From positions 1 to 48,440 of IMG/VR virus record IMGVR_UViG_3300017553_000002: a DNA stretch of 48,440 bases; one strand, written 5' to 3'. Origin of the DNA: a virus. Lineage: Duplodnaviria > Caudoviricetes. The notes under the pieces are model-generated. The model worked only from the letters and a program-made list of their open reading frames with translations. It ran no database searches and was not told the DNA's origin. The position numbers and the translations under genes were made by a program. Shown here piece after piece: positions 25,607 through 32,792 of this stretch; the first letter of the stretch is position 1; the number at the start of each line of letters is the position of its first letter.

Positions 25607-26689
25607 TTGGTAACCAAAATTCAACTTATGTTAGTTACAACAACAAATACACTTCAAGGGATTGAAATTAAAAAATATTTAAAACCCGTATCGGCCCATG
25701 TAGTAGCCGGTACGGGCTTTTTAAGCGATTTTGGTGCATCTTTTACCGATATCTTTGGCGGAAGATCGGGAACCTACCAAAGACAGCTGCAATCACTTTA
25801 TGATGACGCTACAAATAAGCTAATCCAAAGCGCCATGCAAATTGGGGCTAATTGCATAATTGGACTTAATATTGACATGGATGAAATCTCCGGGAAGGGC
25901 AAGGCTATGTTCATGATAACTGCTACAGGTACTGCAGTAATTATTGAGCAGGGCCTGGCAGTGCAAAAAAATCAAAATATTAATGAAGCTATCAATACGG
26001 ATTATTACGATGCAAGCTATAAATTGATAATTGAATTAAATAAACTAGAAAAGGATCCAACCCATTATTGTCAGGTAGAAACGCTAAAACCTTTATTGGA
26101 TTCAGGAATTCCGGAAACAATAGATTTATTATTAAATAATCTTAAAATATCGTGTAAGCAAAGCATTGACATTAGCGACGATTATAAAAATAAATCAATA
26201 TCCTTTCTTCAAAGGATGCCTTTTGAAGTGGCCACAGAAAAAATTTATGATTCGCTCTTTGAATCAGATAATACAGCACATATTAATTTACTAAAATCCT
26301 TTATTGAAACTGCTGGACTCGTTGATCTGGATAAAGTTAAAAGTTATATTAAGTCAGAAGATATAGCCAAAAAGAAAGGAGCATTAAGAATTGCAACTCT
26401 GAAGAAAGAAACATTTTCAAAATCAGATATTATTGATTACGAACGGATAATTGAATTGATTCAACAAGAGTTTCCTGAAATTGGAACTCGATCAACGCGC
26501 AAAGTTGGGATTCTTTCCAAAGAACGTGATGTTTGGGATTGCCCATGTGGAAGAGAAGGTAATACTGAAGAATATTGTACCAAATGCGATAACAATATCT
26601 ATGGGTTTAAATATTTTGAGATTGACCAGGAGAAAGCGATTCAGGTACTTAAGGATAGGGTCGAAGTCCTATCATTTATTTTTAAATAA
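25607..26689 (+). CDS. YbjQ-family domain protein with C-terminal zinc ribbon
   Basis: LVTTTNTLQG...DIFGGRSGTY...GANCIIGL...ITATGTAV; WDCPCG...YCTKC. Confidence 0.85.
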   Translation: MVTKIQLMLVTTTNTLQGIEIKKYLKPVSAHVVAGTGFLSDFGASFTDIFGGRSGTYQRQLQSLYDDATNKLIQSAMQIGANCIIGLNIDMDEISGKGKAMFMITATGTAVIIEQGLAVQKNQNINEAINTDYYDASYKLIIELNKLEKDPTHYCQVETLKPLLDSGIPETIDLLLNNLKISCKQSIDISDDYKNKSISFLQRMPFEVATEKIYDSLFESDNTAHINLLKSFIETAGLVDLDKVKSYIKSEDIAKKKGALRIATLKKETFSKSDIIDYERIIELIQQEFPEIGTRSTRKVGILSKERDVWDCPCGREGNTEEYCTKCDNNIYGFKYFEIDQEKAIQVLKDRVEVLSFIFK

Positions 26690-26694
26690 GTAGT

Positions 26695-26970
26695 ATGCAC
26701 CTAAAAGAAAAATCTAAAGTTGAAAATCGCCAGGATCAGGCAGTGTTCGATATTATTGACACGCTCATGGAAAAAGGTGTGGTCGACAATGTTCAGGATT
26801 TCTGCGAGAGGGTAGGAATGTTCAAGCAATCCATTACTGAGATTTACAAAGGAATCCGGCATTTTAACGTAAAGCAGATAAGAGAGATTTGCCAGGTATT
26901 TAATGTGAACGCCAATTATATATTTGGGTTTTCCGAAAACAAGTTCCGACCTAAAAATAAACGGACGTGA
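26695..26970 (+). CDS. XRE-type HTH protein
   Basis: QDFCERVGMFKQSITEIYKG...ICQVFNVNANYIFG; next to attP. Confidence 0.8.
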   Translation: MHLKEKSKVENRQDQAVFDIIDTLMEKGVVDNVQDFCERVGMFKQSITEIYKGIRHFNVKQIREICQVFNVNANYIFGFSENKFRPKNKRT

Positions 26971-26997
26971 TAATCAGTGTTTTATACAAAAGTGCTG

Positions 26998-27020
26998 ATC
27001 ACAAAAAGTATCACAAAAAA
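26998..27020 (+). repeat. Putative integrase arm sites, left (ATCACAAAAA x2)
   Basis: ATCACAAAAAGTATCACAAAAA is repeated at 27224-27245 on the other side of the core. Confidence 0.75.
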
Positions 27021-27109
27021 GAAACGAAAATAGGAATATTAAATTAAATATTATTTATAACTTTCTTAATGCCAAAATAATATGAGGCTTTTTTGAGTGG
27101 ACTTTCTCT

Positions 27110-27151
27110 CTACGGATCAGAAGGTTTCAGGTTTGAATCCTGACGCGGTCA
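27110..27151 (+). mobile_element. attP core: 3' half of tRNA-Arg(ACG)
   Basis: CT-ACG-GA TCAGA AGGTT TCAGG TTTGAAT CCTGA CGCGGTC A gives anticodon loop, T arm and acceptor 3' strand; no 5' half; upstream of the integrase. Confidence 0.88.
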
Positions 27152-27157
27152 CTCTTC

Positions 27158-27193
27158 AAAGCCTTGATTGATAAAACTTTCAAGGCTTTTTTT
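27158..27193 (+). terminator. Intrinsic terminator after the tRNA fragment
   Basis: AAAGCCTTGA...TCAAGGCTTT followed by a T tract. Confidence 0.75.
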
Positions 27194-27221
27194 AACTTCT
27201 ATTTTTTGGCATTTCGTCAAG

Positions 27222-27245
27222 GTATCACAAAAAGTATCACAAAAA
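27222..27245 (+). repeat. Putative integrase arm sites, right (GTATCACAAAAA x2)
   Basis: Tandem 12-mer direct repeat matching the left arm. Confidence 0.75.
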
Positions 27246-27254
27246 CGAAATGCA

Positions 27255-28457
27255 ATGATTCAACTTCCTAACAATTGCAGACTGAGTAAAATTTCAGTCC
27301 ACCCTAGCAATTGGAAAACCACTAAAGCCAGTTTAAATGTTAAATGGAGAATCGTTTATCGGTTCTACGATGATAATGTCGGACTGCAAAAGCAGATACG
27401 TAAACAGGGCATGAATGAGTTTGAAGATTTAAAGGGAAGGCAAGCGGCGACAAAGGCAATTCTGGAGAATGAAATAAGAATATTGGAAGAAGGATATAAT
27501 CCAATTCAAAATAGTTTAATTAAAGAAGCTGTCCTGGAAAACGATATTCCCTCGGAAAAGACTCCATTTAATCAGGCGATTGAAATGGCTTTAAAATCGA
27601 TTGATGTTGAAAAGCATACAAAGGAGGATTTAACTTCTGTGGCCGGCTTCGTAAAAATGGCTGCGGATCATTTAAAAATAGATGGTAAGCCAATAGCACA
27701 AACACCGATAGGGAAGATACGGAAAAGGGATATCAGGGCCCTATTTGATTATTTATCCAAAAAAAGGAATTGGTCCAACAATACGTATAACTATTATCGG
27801 TCTCACATGATGATGTTCTATAAGGAGCTCGGAGAGTTTGACGCGGTTGAATCTAATATTCCAAGGGAGTTGTCCAAGAAAAATACCGTCAAGGCCACCA
27901 GGATCCTGTTAACACCTGATCAGAGAACGAAGGTTAAAGAAAAGATTATCTCCAAGAACTATCGGTACTGGCTCTTCATTAATATGTTTTTCCATTCTGG
28001 AGCCAGGATCACGGAATTCTGCCGGCTCAAAATATCAGATGTCAGTCTGGAAAGGCAAACCGCCACTTTTTTAATCAAAAAAAGAAAGCAGTGGATGAAG
28101 GTGGCCAAGCCCATCAAAAATATTGCTTTGCCCTTCTGGGAGGAATTTTTAAAAGATTACAATGATCCCAACCATTATGTGATATCCTGGAGATTGAAAC
28201 CTGGTCCAGATCAGATCCGGACTGAGCAGATCACGCGCCGATGGAAGAACTGGGTAAAAAAAGACAAGGAGCTAAATATCTGTGCGGACTTTTATTCACT
28301 CAAACATCTAAATTCTGATGAGGTTTCTGACCTTGTTGGCATTGAAAAAGCCCAAAAACTGAATTCCCATACATCAACCAGGACCACCCGGATTTATGCC
28401 ATTAATGAGGCGGCCAGGGAGATGGAGATTATAAAAAGGGTAGGGAATGAGTTTTAA
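27255..28457 (+). CDS. int: Tyrosine integrase
   Basis: SGARITE, YSLKH, SHTS..TT.IY catalytic motifs; start reassigned to ATG 27255 because the longer ORF runs through the terminator and arm sites. Confidence 0.93.
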   Translation: MIQLPNNCRLSKISVHPSNWKTTKASLNVKWRIVYRFYDDNVGLQKQIRKQGMNEFEDLKGRQAATKAILENEIRILEEGYNPIQNSLIKEAVLENDIPSEKTPFNQAIEMALKSIDVEKHTKEDLTSVAGFVKMAADHLKIDGKPIAQTPIGKIRKRDIRALFDYLSKKRNWSNNTYNYYRSHMMMFYKELGEFDAVESNIPRELSKKNTVKATRILLTPDQRTKVKEKIISKNYRYWLFINMFFHSGARITEFCRLKISDVSLERQTATFLIKKRKQWMKVAKPIKNIALPFWEEFLKDYNDPNHYVISWRLKPGPDQIRTEQITRRWKNWVKKDKELNICADFYSLKHLNSDEVSDLVGIEKAQKLNSHTSTRTTRIYAINEAAREMEIIKRVGNEF

Positions 28458-28476
28458 TTGCGGCGATTTCGCCTAA

Positions 28477-28533
28477 AATAAAATTAGCCCCTATGGATAT
28501 AGGGGCCGCAACCAAAACTAACTGCTTATGAGA
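28477..28533 (-). ncRNA. Candidate ~55-nt sRNA (copy 2 of the 27-nt element) with promoter and terminator
   Basis: TATCTTTG on minus strand at 28544-28537, then TCTCATAAGCAGTTAGTTTTGGTTGCG, a GCCCCTAT/ATAGGGGC stem and a T-rich tail. Confidence 0.65.
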
Positions 28534-28591
28534 TCACAAAGATAGCCATTTTCCCGAAATAATTACTATTTTGCACTAAATTATTTGGTTT

Positions 28592-28879
28592 ATGAATGCA
28601 AACTGGGGAAAATCGTCTGAAACAAAATACAGTGTTCAAGGAGTGATGGCCATGGCCAGGGAAGCCAGGCTCTCTAAAATGTGGATAAAGTATGATAGTA
28701 CCTGGTATACTCCAGAGGAACTGGAAGCGGTAGCGGAGATCAGGACCTTTGAAGAAGGACGGCTCTTCCTTCGGGATCCCATCATGGCCATCCGCGCCGG
28801 TAGGGCTCACATTGATGATCTCCAGGCTAAGTTGACTGAATTTAACGTGAAGGTGGCAGAGTATTACAGAAATAAATAA
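28592..28879 (+). CDS. Hypothetical protein
   Basis: 95 aa with WYTPEE motif. Confidence 0.65.
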   Translation: MNANWGKSSETKYSVQGVMAMAREARLSKMWIKYDSTWYTPEELEAVAEIRTFEEGRLFLRDPIMAIRAGRAHIDDLQAKLTEFNVKVAEYYRNK

Positions 28880-28933
28880 TTGGTCAGTTTTCCAACTTTT
28901 TATAAATTAGCGTATTGATAACCCAAAAATTAA

Positions 28934-29152
28934 TTGTTTATGAAGTCCTATTTCGCAGTGATCTTGATTGAGTCAGCAATCCCAACTTTCGGAAATCAGA
29001 TTGGTAAGTTCTTGTTTGCAAAAAATATACACGGAATAAATAATGAATTCGAAAACGAAGAAGATGCCCTTAAAGGGGCTGAAGAGATGATCAAAAAAGG
29101 TGCGAATCTGAAAGATTTTTTTATTCACAAATTTTATAAAGGGGCAGTTTAA
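28934..29152 (+). CDS. Hypothetical protein (AT-rich cargo)
   Basis: Short ORF, probable ATG at 28940. Confidence 0.5.
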   Translation: MFMKSYFAVILIESAIPTFGNQIGKFLFAKNIHGINNEFENEEDALKGAEEMIKKGANLKDFFIHKFYKGAV

Positions 29153-29319
29153 AAAATGCCTTTGTTCTGAAAACGAAAACATCCTCACTTATAATAAGGG
29201 TCGAATGAGTTAGGAATTTTATCAGCATGTTGTTAAAATATTAGAATCAAAAGCAATAAGATCCAGGACAAATACATGATATAAAAGGCATATATTCGTT
29301 GCCAAAATAATAATATATT

Positions 29320-29553
29320 ATGGCAATAATTCTAAGCTTGGATGACGTATATGAATATGCTGAATACAAAAAAGGCGGATTCGCGGTCAACAAACTTGAT
29401 GGATCTAAAATTGGGGATGTTGAGTCGATATATTTAGAAAAAGTCCTGCCTGACTCATATGATATCTCTGGAAAAAAGATTATTACAATTGTAAATGGCC
29501 TTCCTCTAAATGAATATATCCAGATGAATGGGTTAGCCGATGAATTTAAATAA
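29320..29553 (+). CDS. Hypothetical protein (AT-rich cargo)
   Basis: 77-aa acidic ORF. Confidence 0.55.
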   Translation: MAIILSLDDVYEYAEYKKGGFAVNKLDGSKIGDVESIYLEKVLPDSYDISGKKIITIVNGLPLNEYIQMNGLADEFK

Positions 29554-29647
29554 ACGTTCTTTCTAAAAAACTCTTTGAATCCTTCTATTTGCACTGTATT
29601 TGTGGGATTCTTTATAGATTTTAATTTAAACACCAAAATTAAAGCAA

Positions 29648-30637
29648 ATGAAATTATTAATCTTAGCCCCCATTAAGCATCTTTATTCAAATAAAGAATT
29701 AGTGGATCATGAATTATTAATGGGATTTCGACTTTCTAATAACTATTCATTATTAGAAGCATCTGGCAACTTTAAAAGTGAGTTTATGACTCAATTCGGC
29801 GGAGTGAACTATGATCTTGTGATGAACCGAAAATTCTGTTTTGTATATCAGATTTATTCCGATATACCAGACAAGTCTGATTTGAGTATACTGTTAGACA
29901 CTGCATCCACTTTTATTAATATTATCATAGGCAATCTGTGGTATATTCGAGATTGTAACCTTTGCGCACCGACAAGTTTTTTATATATAATGGAAGGAGA
30001 TAAGAATCTGTCGCTCATTGTTTATAAAGACTATTATTTTAATACCTCCAAAGGTGGCCGTCTAAATTATATTTATTCCAAAGATTTATTCGATGAATTA
30101 ATAAAAATCTGTGAAAGGGAATTATATTATAGTGCAGTTGTGAATCAAAAAGCTTATGCCATGGTTAGTAAAGATAATAGGGAAGGGTTTTTTAATAGCA
30201 ATGCTGCACTTGTTCCATACAACTCATTTTCCCGTTTCTCAAGAGCGAAGCTTTTTTTACATCAAGCTAGAGCAATTGATGTAATTCCAGTAAAAATAAC
30301 AAATTATATAGCTTCGCTGGAATGTCTTTTTTCCTTACATAAGGAGGATAAATATTGGAATATAAAAAATAGAATCGCGCAGTTTTTAAACGATCCCGAA
30401 TTTGATCTTTCACTTTTTGCATCGGCATACACGATCAGGAATAAATATATCCATGGGCAATTGTTAATTGATTTAGCTACCAAAAAGGAACCCTCTTCGG
30501 AGATTATATTGAAATTAAGTGAATTTTCTGATAGTTTATGTAGGAAAATGTTTAGGAAAGTAATAGAGTCAGATCCAGAACTTTTTATGAAATCTAATAA
30601 AGATTTGATACATTACTTTGCATCATTTCGGGAATAA
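29648..30637 (+). CDS. ApeA-like HEPN domain protein (putative anti-phage RNase)
   Basis: ASLECLF and AYTIRNKYIHG (RxxxxH) near the C-terminus; AT-rich. Confidence 0.78.
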   Translation: MKLLILAPIKHLYSNKELVDHELLMGFRLSNNYSLLEASGNFKSEFMTQFGGVNYDLVMNRKFCFVYQIYSDIPDKSDLSILLDTASTFINIIIGNLWYIRDCNLCAPTSFLYIMEGDKNLSLIVYKDYYFNTSKGGRLNYIYSKDLFDELIKICERELYYSAVVNQKAYAMVSKDNREGFFNSNAALVPYNSFSRFSRAKLFLHQARAIDVIPVKITNYIASLECLFSLHKEDKYWNIKNRIAQFLNDPEFDLSLFASAYTIRNKYIHGQLLIDLATKKEPSSEIILKLSEFSDSLCRKMFRKVIESDPELFMKSNKDLIHYFASFRE

Positions 30638-30867
30638 TATAGATTATCAATAACTTCAAACTTTTCAATGATTCTATTGGAGTTAGCTTCCAACAATGCA
30701 TTATATAGATCCTGAGATATTGGAAAATAACTAACGCCCTCGGAATGCTCCATACCGATAAAAAACAAATTTTCTAGATGTGTAATTATTACTCCGCCTT
30801 CATAATTACTTAGGCCCTTAAACTCGATTCGATTCTCGAACATAGATTTAAATTGTTCTTCCGTCAT
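30613..30867 (-). CDS. Hypothetical protein
   Basis: 84 aa at the end of the late operon. Confidence 0.5.
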   Translation of the reverse strand: MTEEQFKSMFENRIEFKGLSNYEGGVIITHLENLFFIGMEHSEGVSYFPISQDLYNALLEANSNRIIEKFEVIDNLYYSRNDAK

Positions 30868-30899
30868 AATATATTGGTTTTAACTGTTTAAAATTTAGC

Positions 30900-31268
30900 C
30901 TATTTTTCAAGCGCCCTCCGAATCCACCCCTTAAGGTATTTGTCCAGCCGGCTATTTTTGAGACAGAGGGAATCATAATACCAGACTCTGGCTAGCTTGA
31001 AACGAGCTTCAAATAAGGCGCTATCCCTGGATCGAATTGTGCTTTTTTGCTCCTGGATTATTGACTCCAGGGAGTCAAACCGATTGCTCACCCATACCAG
31101 GAAAGAATCGGTGGTAATAACTGTTTCTTTATTTCCCACCAATGGTGTATCAGGTCCGTATACGGTATCTAAAATAACCAGAATAGGGTTTTCTATGCCC
31201 GTTTTCTTTTTATGACATCCGGTGGCCATGATCAGAACCATGGCCAAGACAATACTAAGCTTCTTCAT
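30900..31268 (-). CDS. Lipoprotein in lysis cassette
   Basis: MKKLSIVLAMVLIMATG-C lipobox; coiled coil. Confidence 0.65.
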   Translation of the reverse strand: MKKLSIVLAMVLIMATGCHKKKTGIENPILVILDTVYGPDTPLVGNKETVITTDSFLVWVSNRFDSLESIIQEQKSTIRSRDSALFEARFKLARVWYYDSLCLKNSRLDKYLKGWIRRALEK

Positions 31269-31689
31269 TTGCTAATTTGTTTAAAATGTTGATCGTATTC
31301 TGGTTCAGACCGACCTTATTCTCCATGGCTATATTTAAAGCCTGCCCAACGATAACTGGAACGGATCCACCGCCCGTGTTCACGTTGACATCAAAGATCT
31401 GCTCCGCAAAGTGCTGGACATTTATATCATCCCCATGGATAGGATCCCAGTAAAGGCTTTTGAATATAGCCTGAGCTCTGGCTTCAGTTAGAGAATCCAT
31501 GTCATCCCGGGTGGGCTGTTTCCCATAGAAGCGCTTATAATCGATGGGTGTAATACCATATTTGGTACCGGAGAGCTCTCCAACGCCAATTTGGCCACTA
31601 GTCCAGTTTCCGGAGTCATCAGGATCAAGGTCTAGCCTACTACCTTCCCATCCCACCGTTTTTCTGTATGCTTTTAAAAATTCTGCCAT
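31255..31689 (-). CDS. Endolysin, glycoside hydrolase family 108
   Basis: WEG...DPDDSG...GTKYGIT...IFKSLYWD...FDVNVNTG. Confidence 0.9.
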   Translation of the reverse strand: MAEFLKAYRKTVGWEGSRLDLDPDDSGNWTSGQIGVGELSGTKYGITPIDYKRFYGKQPTRDDMDSLTEARAQAIFKSLYWDPIHGDDINVQHFAEQIFDVNVNTGGGSVPVIVGQALNIAMENKVGLNQNTINILNKLANEEA

Positions 31690-31691
31690 AA

Positions 31692-32357
31692 CTATTTTTT
31701 GATAAGTTTGTTTTTAAACCATTTAATAACCGTTTTCCTTTTCGCCAGCACCCAAACAATCAGAGCAACTAACACCCCCAGTCCAATAAGCTGCAGTACT
31801 GGCCACTTGGTTTTACTCTCAACTTCTTTAGTCTTTTCGGCGTGTAAATGGCTCCCAGAAGCGGCTATTTGGCTCAAACTGTCTAATATCTCATTAACCC
31901 TCTTCTTTTGTTCTGCAATCGAATCCTGCGCCCGTATGGAGGTTTTGTCTTTAATGTTGATTTGCTTAGTGTAAGTCGTTTGTTCGCCATGGCCTTCAAC
32001 CTTAACCTTGGCCTTTATTAAACCCGTCGCCTTATCATAATTGGCCGTTAAGGTGACCCCGTTACTGGTTAGTTTAATTCCGCCCCCAGCAGCTGTGTCA
32101 ATCTTGAAGTTTCCGGTCAAAACGATTGGTTCGGAGCTTGACTTAGTTTCGCTTTCGATAATGGACATATCCTTTCCTTTGTCCACGCTTAAATTGCTTG
32201 TGTGGGAAAGGAACTGTGAGGAATCGGATAGTGATTGTTTTACCTCCGCCTTAGCGACATTAAGCGTGTCCGCCTTGTCTATTTTTTGCGATTTGGTCAA
32301 GTGCCTGGAATGTGAACACCCTAGAAGTAACACGGCCAGAATTAATACTTTTTTCAT
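31692..32357 (-). CDS. Putative unimolecular spanin
   Basis: N-terminal lipobox LLG-C plus a C-terminal TM helix with basic tail; adjacent to the endolysin. Confidence 0.6.
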   Translation of the reverse strand: MKKVLILAVLLLGCSHSRHLTKSQKIDKADTLNVAKAEVKQSLSDSSQFLSHTSNLSVDKGKDMSIIESETKSSSEPIVLTGNFKIDTAAGGGIKLTSNGVTLTANYDKATGLIKAKVKVEGHGEQTTYTKQINIKDKTSIRAQDSIAEQKKRVNEILDSLSQIAASGSHLHAEKTKEVESKTKWPVLQLIGLGVLVALIVWVLAKRKTVIKWFKNKLIKK

Positions 32358-32782
32358 GATTGCGGTTTTATAGTGATCACTTTAGCGCCACCGGTTGAAT
32401 TGAGTTTCATCTTGAAAATTTCAAAGTTTTTGCGATTCTCGTCTTTAAGCATGGAGTTTAAAACCCCTTGTAAGGAATCCTTGTCATGCTGCACTTGCAA
32501 CCTTTCGGCATGCTCAAACTGCCAGTTCTGTTGATACTGCTGGACTATCTTTACTTTATCAGCCGAGCAGTCCCCAACGCCTTTATCGTACTGTTTTCCG
32601 CCCCAAATAAATAGAGCGGGAATAGCAGTACAGATAATAAAGACCGACACGTAAAAGGCATAAGCAATGAAACTCGTTCGTTTTACCTCGTCCTTTGCGT
32701 CTCCGGTGTCATCAGTTCCGGCTTGTGGTATGTTTATGGGTGGTGGCATTGGAAGGATTTTAAAGCGCCCCGAAGGGCGCAT
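32354..32782 (-). CDS. Membrane protein, holin candidate
   Basis: Single TM plus coiled coil at the head of the lysis cassette. Confidence 0.5.
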   Translation of the reverse strand: MRPSGRFKILPMPPPINIPQAGTDDTGDAKDEVKRTSFIAYAFYVSVFIICTAIPALFIWGGKQYDKGVGDCSADKVKIVQQYQQNWQFEHAERLQVQHDKDSLQGVLNSMLKDENRKNFEIFKMKLNSTGGAKVITIKPQS

Positions 32783-32792
32783 GATTAATTTT

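Noticed and set aside
27080-27151. Complete tRNA-Arg gene
   Set aside because: The 5' acceptor strand and D arm are missing; it is an attP fragment
27168-27254. N-terminal 29 codons of the listed integrase ORF
   Set aside because: Overlaps the terminator and arm repeats (VSQKVSQK is the translated repeat)
23060-28533. 27-nt repeats or the CCAAGGTRC hairpins as a CRISPR array
   Set aside because: Only two exact copies 5.4 kb apart, or short variable stems; no regular repeat-spacer pattern and no cas operon
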